A DNA stretch of 64,000 bases. Source: Lytechinus pictus (Eukaryota). Position numbers and translations under genes: made by a program. The first letter of the stretch is position 1. Every line of letters begins with the position of its first letter. The stretch is taken from assembly GCF_037042905.1 (NCBI RefSeq), contig NC_087252.1:25422001-25486000 (forward strand). Direction: 5' to 3'. Below are positions 39,301 to 54,300 of the stretch, piece by piece. The notes under the pieces were generated by a model. The model was not told the origin of the DNA, did not search any database, and worked only from the letters and a program-made list of their open reading frames with translations.

Positions 39301-42300
39301 TCTAACTTGGCAGATATGAGTATTGATATATACTTTAACCGTTCGTCAACCTTTTGTGACAGAAACTGACATAGAGCTGACGTCAGCTTAAAATTATTGT
39401 GAAAAACTGTCATTTTTAATGTCTTTCTTTATATGGCATTTACTTCCGGTCTATTGCCTGTGCACAAATAAAAGTGGTATCAATGTCACCGCATTGGAAT
39501 GTTCTTTCCAGTGATACCAAATACGACATAGGTTACAACAGAAATTTTCAAGATAAGCCAATCTGAACACATGGTATACTGCTCACATTGCACATATTAT
39601 CAACAACAAAATTGTACACAATGTCTATGGCATAACGTATTATGCATGCACATCGTTCTGCTATGGACTTTACACTGAGTTACGTTTATGAACTGTCAGG
39701 GAATTTTGTATGCTTATTCATATCACCCTCTCTGTGTCTTTCTCTCCCTTCTCTCTCTTTCTTGAGCGGCCATGGTCTAAAAATGGACAAAATCTGTTTG
39801 ACTCGAGAATGTAACTTCCTATGGAGGGCAAAATGTACCAAAATCTACTTTGATTAACATGTAGTTTTTGTTAGTCCTCCCCTGACTCCGCTCCTCATCC
39901 AAATTCATTCCGATTTGGTAGACATGTTGTCCATGATGCATTATTGTGTACCTCCTATTTCATTTTCTAAAATCATTCATGCATGACAGTGTATGCGCCA
40001 TTTTGAGTGAGTGACATCATCATCTCTCTCATTTGGATGTAACTGGCTCGTTCATATAACTATTCTGTTAAAAATAAGCGAAACTTTGAAATGTCATAAC
40101 TTTCTTATTTTACATCCGATTTTGATGAAATTTTCAGCATTGTGCTTGTCTTCTTTGCATTGACGCCCAATGGCGACAATGCATTGTTCTTGTTCCGTAT
40201 TCCTATTCCGTCGTTGCATTGACGCCCACTGGCGACAATGCATTGTTCTTGTTCCGTATTCCTATTCCGTCGTCTTCTTCTTCTTCTTCTTCTTCTTCTT
40301 TGCATTGACGCCCACTGGCGACAATGCATTGTTCTTGTTCCGTATTCCTATTCCGTCGTCTTCTTCTTCTTCCACAAAATCCTATTTGTTTAACACATGG
40401 TTTTTGTTAGCTCTACCCTGGCTCCGTCCCTCATCCAAATTCATCCAAACTTTGTAGACATGTTGTCCACCATCCCTAGTTGTGCACCTCGTCTTCCATT
40501 TTCCAAAATCACTCATGCATGACCATCAAGGCGCCATTTTGTAAATTTCAAGTCCATTTGCATACCATTACGTATCTCGTCTTAACTCCCGCATCCTGCA
40601 TGCTACAGACTTCTAACAAATTGCTATAGATAGTCAAAGAGTTGCTTCATCATTTGCGACGTATAACCTGACCTTCAAAATGCCATCTTCATGCCCTAAA
40701 TTCAAATCCGAAATAGCCTTCCTTCAAAAACTTCATATTTATTGAAACGTAAAGTCAAATAATCGTAAAATGGCCATAACTTTCTTGTTTTTATTCAATT
40801 CGAGCTCATATGATTAGGAATTGATACTGGCAAAATATCATACAAACGAGTCAGTTTTCACGCATCATTGACCTTTCGTTATTGAAATAGCGCCCTCTAA
40901 AGTTTCAAAAACGCTTACCTTTGAATGCTCCTCATTGTGTCATGCATGGCCAAACCCGTACCCTTTTTTAGATTTAGGGTGTTCAAGATATGCCCTTTCA
41001 TGCCATTTAGAAAAATATATACCTTACCGCTGACGAAATATCTGAAAAATGCTCCCGAAAATCAGTAAAATACGCAAAAATGCACTATAATGCCAGCACA
41101 ACTTCAACTTGCTCTTATTTCCTTATTATTGAAGTTTATCCTTTCTAACTTGGCAGATATGAGTATTGATATATACTTTAACCGTTCGTCAACCTTTTGT
41201 GACAGAAACTGACATAGAGCTGACGTCAGCTTAAAATTATTGTGCAGAACTGTCATTTTTAATGTCTTTCTTTATATGGCATTTACTTCCGGTCTATTGC
41301 TTGCGCACAAATAAAAGTGGTATCAATGTCACCGCATTGGAATGCTCTATCCAGTGATACCAAATACGACATAGGTTACAACAGAAAATTTCAAGATAAG
41401 CCAATCTGAACACATGGTATACTACTCACAATGCACACATTATCAATAATAGAATTGTTACGTTAATGAACTGTCAGGGAAACTTATATGCTTGTTCATA
41501 TCACTCTCTCTGTGTCTTTATTTCTCTTCGTTGAGCGGCCATATGGTCTAAAAATGGACGAAATCTGTTTGACTCGAGAATGTAACTTCCTATGGAGGGC
41601 AAAATGTACCAAAATCCACTTTGATTAACATGTAATTTGTGTTAGTCCTCCCCTGCCTCCGCTCCTCATCCAAATTCATTCCGATTTGGTAAACATGATG
41701 TCCATGATGCATTATTGTGTACCTCTTATTTCATTTTCAAAAATCATTCATGCATGACAGTGCATGCGCCATTTTGAGTGAGTGACATCATCATCTCTCT
41801 CATTTGGATGTAACTGGCTCGTTAATATATAACTATTTTGTTAAAAATAAGCGAAACTTTGAAATGTCATAACTTTCTTATTTTACATCCGATTTTGATG
41901 GAATTTTCAGCATTGCGCTTGTCTGATTTTTCCCTATTGATTCAAATCAACATATTTCTGAGGTAGACTTGACCTTTCAATCAGACGCGTCAATGCATGC
42001 ACATCGTTCTGAAACGATTGCAGTTCTAGTCTTCTTCTTCTTCTTCTTCCACAAAATCCCATTTGTTTAACACATGGTTTTTGTTAGCTCTGCCCTGGCT
42101 CCGTCCCTCATCCAAATTCATCCAAACTTTGTAGACATGTTGTCCAGCATCCCTAGTTGTGCCCCTCGTCTTCATTTTTCCAAAATCACTCATGCATGAC
42201 CATCTAGGCGCCATTTTGTAAATTTCAAGTCCATTTGCATACCATTACTAATCTCGTCCTAACTCCTGCATCCTGCATGCTACAAACTTCTAACAAATTG

Positions 42301-45300
42301 CTATAGATAGTCAAAGAGTTGCTTCATCATCTGCGACGTATAACCTGACCTTAAAAATGCCATCTTCATGCCCTAAATTCAAATCCGAAATAGCCTTCCT
42401 TCAAAAATGTCACATTTATTGAAATGTAAAGTCAAAAAATCGTAAAATGGCCATAACTTTATTGTTTTTATTCATTTCGAGCTCATATTTTCAGGAATTG
42501 ATACTGGTACCATATCATACTTACGAGTTAGTTTTCACGCATCACTGAATTTCCGTTACTGAAATAGCGCCCTCTAAAGTTTCAAAAACGCTTATCTTTG
42601 AATGCTCCTCATTTCGTCATGCATGGCCGAACCCGTACCCTTTTTTAGATTTAGGGTGTTCAAGATATGCTCTTTCATGCCATTTAGAAAAATATATACC
42701 TTACCGCTGACAAAATATCTGAAAAATGCTCCCGAAAATCAGCAAAATACGCAAAAATGCACTATAATGCCAGCACAACTTCAACTTGCTCTTATTTCCT
42801 TATTATTGAAGCTTATCCTTTCTAACTTGGCAGATATGAGTATTGATATATACTTCAACCGTTCGTCAACCTTTTGTAACAGAAACTGACAAAAATCTGA
42901 CGTCAGCTTAAAATTATTGTGCAAAACCTTCATTTTTAATGTTTTTCTTTATATGGCATTTACTTCCGGTCTATTGCTTGAGCACAAATAAAAGTGGTAT
43001 CAATGTCACCGCATTTAAATGCTCTTTCCAGTGATACCAAATATGACATAGGTTACAACAGAAAATTTCAAGATAAGCCAATCTGAACACATGGTATACT
43101 ACTCAGAATGCACACATTATCAACAACAGAATTGTACACAATGTCTATGGCATAAACGTATTATGCATGCACATCGTTCTGCTATGTACTTTACACTGAG
43201 TTACGTTAATGAACTGTCAGGGAAATGTGCATGCTTATTCATATCACTCTCTCTCTGTCTTTCTCTCCCTTCTCTCTCTTTGTTGAGCGGCCATGGTCAA
43301 AAAATGGACGAAATCTGTTTGACTCGAGAATGCAACTTCCTATGGAGGGCATAATGTCCTAAATCCACTTTGATTAACATGTAATTTTTTTTTAATTCCT
43401 CCCCTGCCTCCGCTCCTCATCCAAATTCATTCCGATTTGGTAGACATGTTGTCCATGATGCATTATTGTGTACCTCTTATTTCATTTTCTAAAATCATTC
43501 ATGCATGACAGTGCATGCACCATTTTGAGTGAGTGACATCATCATCTCTCTCATTTGGATGTAACTGGCTCGTTCATATAACTATTTTGTTAAAAATAAG
43601 CGAAACTTTGAAATGTCATAACTTTCTTATTTTACATCCGATTTTGATGAAATTTTCAGCATTGTGCTTGTCTGATTTTTCCCTATTGATTCTAATCAAG
43701 ATTTTTCTGAGGTAAACTTGACCTTTCAATCAGACGCGTCAATGCATGCACATCGTTCGGAAACGATTGCAGTTCTAGTCTTTGCATTGACGCCCAATGG
43801 CGACAATGCATTGTTCTTGTTCCGTATTCCTATTCCGTCGTCTTCTTCTTCTTCTTCTGCTTCTTCCACAAAATCCCATTTGTTTAACACATGGTTTTTG
43901 TTAGCTCTACCCTGGCTCCGTCCCTCATCCAAATTCATCCAAACTTTGTAGACATGTTATCCAGCATCCCTAGTTGTGCACCTCGTCTTCCATTTTCCAG
44001 AATCACTCATACATGACCATCAAGGCGCCATTTTGTTAATTTCAAGTCCATTTGCATACCATTACTAATCTCGTCCTAACTCCCGCATCCTGCATGGTAC
44101 AGACTTTTAACAAATTGCTATAGATAGTCAAAGAGTTGCTCCATCATTTGCGACGTATAACCTGACCTTGAAAATGCCATCTTCATGCCCTAAATTCAAA
44201 TCCGAAATAGCCTTCCTTCAAAAACGTCATATTTATTGAAATGTAAAGTCAAAAAATCGTAAAATGGCCATAACTTTCTTGTTTTTATTTGTTTCGAGCT
44301 CATATTTCAGGAATTGATACTGATACAATATCATACATAGGAATTAGTTTTCACACATCACTGAATTTCCGTTACTGAAATAGCGCCCTCTAAAGTTTCA
44401 AAAACGCTTATCTTTGAATGCTCCTCATTGCGTCATGCATGGCCAAACCCGTACCCTTTTTTAGATTTAGGGTGTTCAAGATATGCCCTTTCATGCCATT
44501 TAGAAAAAAATATACCTTACCACTGACGAAATATCTGAAAAATGCTCCCGAAAATCAGCAAAATACGCAAAAATGCACTATAATGCCAGCACAACTTCAA
44601 CTTGCTCTTATTTCCTTATTATTGAAGCTTATCCTTTTTAACTTGGCAGATATGAGTATTGATATATACTTCAACCGTTCGTTAACCTTTTGTGACAGAA
44701 ACTGACATAGAGCTGACGTCAGCTCAAAATTATTGTGCAAAACTGTCATTTTTAATGTCTTTCTTTATATGGCATTTACTTCCGGTCTATTGCTTGCGCA
44801 CAAAAAAAAGTGGTATCAATGTCACCGCATTGGAATGCCCTATCCAGTGATACCAAATACGACAAAGGTTACAACAGAAAATTTCAAGATAAGCCAATCT
44901 GAACACATGGTATACTACTCATAATGCACACATTATCAACAACAGAATTGTACACAATGCCAAGGCATAACGTATTATACATGCACATCGTTCTGCTATG
45001 TACTTTACACTGAGTTACGTTAATGAACTGTCAGGGAAATGTGTATGCTTATTCATATAAATCTCTCTGTGTCTTTCTCTCCCTTCTCTCTCTTTTTTTT
45101 GAGCGGCCATATGGTCTAAAAATGGCCCAATGGACGATATCCTTTTGACTTGAGAATGTAACTTCCTATGGAGGGCACAATGTACCAAAATCCACTTTGA
45201 TTAACATGTAATTTTTGTTATTCCTCCCCTGCCTCCGCTCCTCATCCAAATTCATTCCGATTTGGTAGACATGTTGTCCATGATGCATTATTGTGTACCT

Positions 45301-48300
45301 CTTATTTCATTTTCTAAAATCATTCATGGATGACAGTGCATGCACCATTTTGAGTGAGTGACATCATCATCTCTCTCATTTGGATGTAACTGGCTCGTTC
45401 ATATAACTCTTTTGTTAAAAATAAGCGAAACTTTGAAATGTCATAACTTTCTTTTTTTACATCCGATTTTGATGAAATTTTCAGCATTGTGCTTGTCTGA
45501 TTTTTCCCTATTGATTCAAATCAAGATTTTTCTGAGGTGGACTTGACCTTTCAATCAGACGCGTCAATGCATGCACATCGTTCGGAAACGATTGCAGTTC
45601 TTTGCATTGACGCCCAATGGCGACAATGCATTGTTCTTGTTCCGTATTCCTATTCCGTTGTCTTCTTCTTCTTCTTCCACAAAATCCCATTTGTTTAACA
45701 CATGGTTTTTGTTAGCTCTACCCTGGCTCCGTCCCTCATCCAAATTCATCCAAACTTTGTAGACATGTTGTCCAGCATCCCTAGTTGTGCACCTCGTCTT
45801 CTTTTTTCCAAAATCACTCATGCATGACCATCCAGGCGCCATTTTGTAAATTTCAAGCCATTTGCATACCATTACTAATCTCGTCCTAACTCCCGCATCC
45901 TGCATGCTACAGACTTCTAACAAATTGCTATAGATAGTCAAAGAGATGCTCGATCATCTGTGACGTGTAACTTGACCTTCAAAATGCCATCTTCATGCCC
46001 TAAATTCAAATCCGAAATAGCCTTCCTTCAAAAACGTCATATTTATTGAAATGTAAAGTCAAAAAATCGTAAAATGGCCATAACTTTCTTGTTTTTATTC
46101 CTTTCGAGCTCATATTTTCAGGAATTGATACTGGTACCATATCATACATAGGAATCAGTTTTTACGCATCACTGAATTTCCGTTACTGAAATAGCGCCCT
46201 CTAAAGTTTCAAAAACGCTTATCTTTGAATGCTCCTCATTGCGTCATGCATGGCCAAACCCGTACCCTTTTTTAGATTTAGGGTGTTCAAGATATGCCCT
46301 TTCATGCCATTTAGAAAAAAATATACCTTACCACTGACGAAATATCTGAAAAATGCTCCCGAAAATCAGCAAAATACGCAAAAATGCACTATAATGCCAG
46401 CACAACTTCAACTTGCTCTTATTTCCTTATTATTGAAGCTTATCCTTTCTAACTTGGCAGATATGAGTATTGATATATACTTCAACCGTTCGTCAACCTT
46501 TTGTAACAGAAACTGACAAAAATCTGACGTCAGCTTAAAATTATTGTGCAAAACCTTCATTTTTCATGTCTTTCTTTATATGGCATTTACTTCCGGTCTA
46601 TTGCTTGCGCACAAATAAAAGTGGTATCAATGTCACCGCATTGGAATGCTCTTTCCAGTGATACCAAATACGACATAGGTTACAACAGAAAATTTCAAGA
46701 TAAATCAATCTGAACACATGGTATACTGCTCACAATGCACACATTATCAACAACAGAATTGTACACAATGTCTATGAGATCGGTTTCACGCAAAAACGAA
46801 CTTAACCTATGGGGTGCAATGTGGTCTAAAATGGTTGACTCGAGAGTGTAGCTTCCTATGGAGTGCAAAATCTGCCAAAATCCAATTTGATTAACATGTA
46901 ATTTTTGTTAGTCCTCCCCTGCCTCCGCTCCTCATCCAAATTCATTCCGATTTGGTAGACATGTTGTCCATGATGCATTATTGTGTACCTCTTATTTCAT
47001 TTTCTAAAATCATTCATGCATGACAGTGCATGCACCATTTTGAGTGAGTGACATCATCATCTCTCTCATTTGGATGTAACTGGCTCGTTCATATAACTAT
47101 TTTGTTAAAAATAAGCGAAACTTTGAAATGTCATAACTTTCTTATTTTACATCCGATTTTGATGAAATTTTCAGCATTGTGCTTGTCTGATTTTTCCCTA
47201 TTGATTCTAATCAAGATTTTTCTGAGGTAAACTTGACCTTTCAATCAGACGCGTCAATGCATGCACATCGTTCGGAAACGATTGCAGTTCTAGTCTAATC
47301 TTCTTCTTCTGCTTCTTCCACAAAATCCCATTTGTTTAACACATGGTTTTTGTTAGCTCTACCCTGGCTCCGTCCCTCATCCAAATTCATCCAAACTTTG
47401 TAGACATGTTGTCCAGCATCCCTTGTTGTGCACCTCGTCTTCTATTTTCCAAAATCACTCATGCATGACCATCAAGGCGCCATTTTGTAAATTTCAAGTC
47501 CATTTGCATGCCATTACTAATCTCATCGTAACTCCCGCATCCTGCATGCTACAAACTTCTAACAAATTGCTATAGATGGTCAAAAACTTGCTCCATCATT
47601 TGCGACGTATAACTTGACCTTCAAAATGCCATCTTCATGCCCTAAATTCAAATCTGAAATAGCCTTCCTTCAAAAACTTCATATTTATTGAAATGTAAAG
47701 TCAAAAAATCGTAAAATGGCCATAACTTTCTTGTTTTTATTCAATTCGAGCTAATATTTTCAGCAATTAATACAGGCAGTATATCATGCTTACGAGTTAG
47801 TTTCCACGCATCATTGAACTTCCGGTATTGAAATAGCGCCCTCTAAAGTTTCAAAAACGCTTACGTTTGAATGCTCCTCATTGCGTCATGCATAGCCAAA
47901 CCCGTACCCTTTTTTAGATTTAGGGTGTTCAAGATATGCCCTTTCATGCCATTTAGAAAAAAATATACCTTACCACTGACGAAATATCTGAAAAATGCTC
48001 CCGAAAATCAGCAAAATACGCAAAAATGCACTATAATGCCAGCACAAGTTCAACTTGCTCTTATTTCCTTATTATTGAAGCTTATACTTTCTAACTTGGC
48101 AGATATGAGTATTGATATATACTTTAACCGTTCGTCAACCTTTTGTGACAGAAACTGACATAGAGCTCACGTCACCTTAAAATTATTGTGAAAAACTGTC
48201 ATTTTTAATGTCTTTCTTTATATGGCATTTACTTCCGGTCTATTGCCTGCGCACAAATAAAAGTGGTATCAATGTCACCGCATTGGAATGCTTTTTCCAC

Positions 48301-51300
48301 TGATACCAAATACGACATAGGTTACAACAGAAAATTTCAAGATAAGCCAATCTGAACACATGGTATACTGCTCACAATGCACATATTATCAACAACAAAA
48401 TTGTACACAATGTCTATGGCATAACGTATTATGCATGCACATCGTTCTGCTATGTACTTTACACTGAGTTACGTTAATGAACTGTCAGGGAAATTTGCAT
48501 GCTTATTCATATCACTCTCTGTGTTTCTTTCTCTCCCTTCTCTGTCTTTCTTGAGCGGCCATATGGTCTAAAAATGGACGAAATCTGTTTGACTGGAGAA
48601 TGTATTTTCCTATGGAGGGCAAAATGTACCAAAATCCAATTTGATTAACATGTAATTTGTGTTAGTCCTCCCCTGCCTCCGCTCCTCATCCAAATTCATT
48701 CCGATTTAGTAGACATGTTGTCGATGATGCATTATTGTGTACCTCCTATTTCATTTTCTAAAATCATTCATGCATGACAGTGCATGCGCCTTTTTCAGTG
48801 AGTGACATCATCATCACTCTCATTTGGATGTAACTGGCTCGTTCATATAACTATTTTGTTTAAAATAAGCGAAACTTTGAAATGTCATAACTTTCTTATT
48901 TTACATCCGATTTTGATGAAATTTTTACCGTTGAGCTTGTCTGATTTTTCCCTATTGATTCCAATCAAGATTTTTCTGAGGTGGACTTGACCTTTCAATC
49001 AGACGCGTCAATGCATGCACATCGTTCTGAAACGATTGCAGTTCTAGTTGCATTGACGCCCAATGGCGACAATGCATTGTTCTTGTTCCGTATTCCTATT
49101 CCGTCGTCTTCTTTGCATTGACGCCCAACGGCGACAATGCATTGTTCTTGTTCCGTATTCCTATTCCGTCGTCTTCTTCTTCTTCTTCTGCTTCTTCCAC
49201 AAAATCCCATTTGTTTAACACATGGTTTTTGTTAGCTCTACCCTGGCTCCGTCCCTCATCCAAATTCATCCAAACTTTGTAGACATGTTGTCCACCATCC
49301 CTAGTTGTGCACCTCGTCTTCCATTTTCCAAAATCACTCATGCATGACCATCAAGGCGCCATTTTGTAAATTTCAAGTCCATTTGCATACCATTACTAAT
49401 CTCGTCCTAACTCCCGCATCCTGCATGCTACAAACTTCTAACAAATTGCTATAGATAGTCAAAGAGTTGCTCCATCATTTGCGACGTATAACTTGACCTT
49501 CAAAATGCCATCCTCATGCTCTAAATTCAAATCCGAAATAGCCTTCCTTCAAAAACTTCATATTTATTGAAATGTAAAGTCAAAAAATCGTAAAATGGCC
49601 ATAACTTTCTTGTTTTTATTCAATTCGAGCTAATATTTTTAGGAATTAATACAGGCAACATATCATACTTACGATTTAGTTTTCACGCATCATTGATCTT
49701 CCGGTATTGAAATAGCGCCCTCTAAAGTTTAAAAAACGCTTACGTTTGAATGCTCCTCATTGCGTCATGCATGGCCAAACCCGTACCCTTTTTTAGATTT
49801 AGGGTGTTCAAGATATGCCCTTTCATGCCATTTAGAAAAATATATACCTTACCACTGACGAAATATCTGAAAAATGCTCCCGAAAATCAGCAAAATACGC
49901 AAAAATGCACTATAATGCCAGCACAACTTCAACTTGCTCTTATTTCCTTATTATTGAAGCTTATCCTTTCTAACTTGGCAGATATGAGTATTGATATATA
50001 CTTCAACCGTTCGTTAACCTTTTGTGACAGAAACTGACATAGAGCTGACGTCAGCTTCAAATTATTGTGAAAAACTGTCATTTTTAATGTCTTTCTTTAT
50101 ATGGCATTTACTTCCGGTCTATTGCTTGCGCACAAATAAAAGTGGTATCAATGTCACCGCATTGGAATGCCCTATCCAGTGATACCAAATACGACATAGG
50201 TTACAACAGAAAATTTCAAGATAAGCCAATCTGAACACATGGTATACTACTCACAATGCACGCATTATCAACAACAGAATTGTACACAATGTCTATGGCA
50301 TAACGTATTATGCATGCATATCGTTCTGCTATGTACTTTACACTGAGTTACGTTAATGAACTGTCAGGGAAATGTGTATGCTTATTCATATTACTCTCTG
50401 TGTCTTTCTCTCCCTTCTCTCTCTTTTTTTTTGAGCGGCCATATGGTCTAAAAATGGCCCAATGGACGAAATCCTTTTGACTTGAGAATGTAACTTCCTA
50501 TGGAGGGCAAAATGTACCAAAATCCACTTTGATTAACATGTTATTTTTGTTAGTCCTCCTTGCCTCCGCTCCTCATCCAAATTCATTCCGATTTGGTAGA
50601 CATGTTGTCCATGATGCATTATTGTGTACCTCTTATTTCATTTTCTAAAATCATTCATGCATGACAGTGCATGCACCATTTTGAGTGAGTGACATCATCA
50701 TCTCTCTCATTTGGATGTAACTGGCTCGTTCATATAACTCTTTTGTTAAAAATAAGCGAAACTTTGAAATGTCATAACTTTCTTATTTTACATCCGATTT
50801 TGATGAAATTTTCAGCATTGTGCTTGTCTGATTTTTTCCTATTGATTCAAATCAACATTTTTCTGTGGTGGACTTGACCTTTCAATCAGACGCGTCAATG
50901 CATGCACATCGTTCTGAAACGATTGCAGTTCTAGTCTTCTTCTTCTTCTTCTTCCACAAAATCCCATTTGTTTAACACATGGTGTTTGTTAGCTCTGCCC
51001 TGGCTCCGTCCCTCATCCAAATTCATCTAAACTTGGTAGACATGTTGTCCAGCATCCCTAGTTGTGCTCCTCGTCTTCGTTTTTTCAAAATCACTCATGC
51101 ATGACCATCTAGGCGCCATTTTGTAAATTTCAAGTCCATTTGCATACCATTACTAATCTCGTCCTAACTCCCGCATCCTGCATGCTACAAACTTCTAACA
51201 AATTGCTATAGATAGTCAAAGAGTTGCTCCATCATCTGCGACGTATAACCTGACCTTCAAAATGCCATCTTCATGCCCTAAATTCAAATCCGAAATAGCC

Positions 51301-54300
51301 TTCCTTCAAAAACGTCACATTTATTGAAATGTAAAGTCAAAAAATCGTAAAATGGCCATAACTTTATTGTTTTTATTCATTTCGAGCTCATACTTTTAGG
51401 AATTGATACTGGTACCATATCATACTTACGAGTCAGTTTTCACGCATCACTGAATGTCCGTTACTGAAATAGCGCCCTCTAAAGTTTCAAAAACGCTTAT
51501 CTTTGAATGCTCCTCATTTCGTCATGCATGGCCAAACCCGTACCCTTTTTTAGATTTAGGGTGTTCAAGATATGCTCTTTCATGCCATTCAGAAAAATAT
51601 ATACCTTACCGCTGACAAAATATCTGAAAAATGCTCCCGAAAATCAGCAAAATACGCAAAAATGCACTATAATGCCAGTACAACTTCAACTTGCTCTTAT
51701 TTCCTTATTATTGAAGCTTATCCTTTCTAACTTGGCAGATATGAGTATTGATATATACTTCAACCGTTCGTCAACCTTTTGTAACAGAAACTGACAAAAA
51801 TCTGACGTCAGCTTAAAATTATTGTGCAAAACCTTCATTTTTAATGTTTTTCTTTATATGGCATTTACTTCCGGTCTATTGCTTGAGCACAAAAAAAGGG
51901 GTATCAATGTCACCGCATTTGAATGCTCTTTCCAGTGATACCAAATATGACATAAGTTACAACAGAAAATTTGAAGATAAGCCAATCTGAACACATGGTA
52001 TACTACTCAGAATGCACACATTATCAACAACAGAATTGTACACAATGTCTATGGCATAACGTATTATGCATGCACATCGTTCTGCTATGTACTTTACACT
52101 GAGTTACGTTAATGAACTGTCAGGGAAATGTGTATGCTTATTCATATCACTCTCTCTGTGTCTTTCTCTCCCTTCTCTCTCTTTGTTTAGCGGCCATGGT
52201 CAAAAAATGGACGAAATATGTTTGACTCGAGAATGCAACTTCCTATGGAGGGCATAATGTCCTAAATCCACTTTGATTAACATGTAATTTTTTTTAATTC
52301 CTCCCCTGCCTCCGCTCCTCATCCAAATTCATTCCGATTTGGTAGACATGTTGTCCATGATGCATTATTGTGTACCTCTTATTTCATTTTCTAAAATCAT
52401 TCATGCATGACAGTGCATGCACCATTTTGAGTGAGTGACATCATCATCTCTCTCATTTTGATGTAACTGGCTCGTTCATATAACTATTTTGTTAAAAATA
52501 AGCGAAACTTTGAAATGTCATAACTTTCTTATTTTACATCCGATTTTTGCATTGACGCCCAATGGCGACAATGCATTGTTCTTGTTCCGTATTCCTATTC
52601 CGTCGTCTTCTTCTTCTTCTTCTGCTTCTTCCACAAAATCCCATTTGTTTAACACATGGTTTTTGTTAGCTCTACCCTGGCTCCGTCCCTCATCCAAATT
52701 CATCCAAACTTTGTAGACATGTTGTCCAGCATCCCTAGTTGTGCACCTCGTCTTCCATTTTCCAAAATCACTCATGCATGACCATCAAGGCGCCATTTTG
52801 TAAATTTCAAGTCCATTTGCATACCATTACTAATCTCGTCCTAACTCCCGCATCCTGCATGCTACAAACTTTTAACAAATTGCTATAGATAGTCAAAGAG
52901 TTGCTCCATCATTTGCGGCGTATAACCTAACCTTCAAAATGCCATCTTCATGCCCTAAATTCAAATCCGAAATAGCCTTCCTTCAAAAACTTCATATTTA
53001 TTGAAATGTAAACTAAAAAAATCGTAAAATGGCCATAACTTTCTTGTTTTTATTCAATTCGGGCTCATATTTTCAGGAATTGATACTGGCAACATATCAT
53101 ACTTACGACATAGTTTTCACGCATCATTGACCTTTTGTTATTGAAATAGCGCCCTCTAAAGTTTCAAAAACGCTTACCTTTGAATGCTCCTCATTGCGTC
53201 ATGCATGGCCAAACCCGTACCCTTTTTTAGATTTAGGGTGTTCAAGATATGCCCTTTCATGCCATTTAGAAAAACATATACCTTACCAATGACGAAATAT
53301 CTGAAAAATGCTCCCGAAAATCAGCAAAATACGCAAAAATGCACTATAATGCCAGCACAACTTCAACTTGCTCTTATTTCCTTATTATTGAAGCTTATCC
53401 TTTCTAACTTGGCAGATATGAGTATTGATATATACTTCAACCGTTCGTTAACCTTTTGTGACAGAAACTGACATAGAGCTGACGTCAGCTCTAAATTATT
53501 GTGAAAAACTGTCATTTTTAATGTCTTTCTTTATATGGCATTTACTTCCGGTCTATTGCTTGCGCACAAATAAAAGTGGTATCAATGTCACCGCATTGGA
53601 ATGCCCTATCCAGTGATACCAAATACGACATAGGTTACAACAGAAAATTTCAAGATAAGCCAATCTGAACACATGGTATACTACTCACAATGCACGCATT
53701 ATCAACAACAGAATTGTACACAATGTCTATGGCATAACGTATTATGCATGCACATCGTTCTGCTATGTACTTTACACTGAGTTACGTTAATGAACTGTCA
53801 GGGAAATGTGTATGCTTATTCATATTACTCTCTGTGTCTTTCTCTCCCTTCTCTCTCTTTTTTTTTGAGCGGCCATATGGTCTAAAAATGGCCCAATGGA
53901 CGAAATCCTTTTGACTTGAGAATGTAACTTCCTATGGAGGGCAAAATGTACCAAAATCCACTTTGATTAACATGTTATTTTTGTTAGTCCTCCCCTGCCT
54001 CCGCTCCTCATCCAAATTCATTCCGATTTGGTAGACATGTTGTCCATGATGCATTATTGTGTACCTCTTATTTCATTTTCTAAAATCATTCATGCATGAC
54101 AGTGCATGCACCATTTTGAGTGAGTGACATCATCATCTCTCTCATTTGGATGTAACTGGCTCGTTCATATAACTCTTTTGTTAAAAATAAGCGAAACTTT
54201 GAAATGTCATAACTTTCTTATTTTACATCCGATTTTGATGAAATTTTCAGCATTGTGCTTGTCTGATTTTTTCCTATTGATTCAAATCAACATTTTTCTG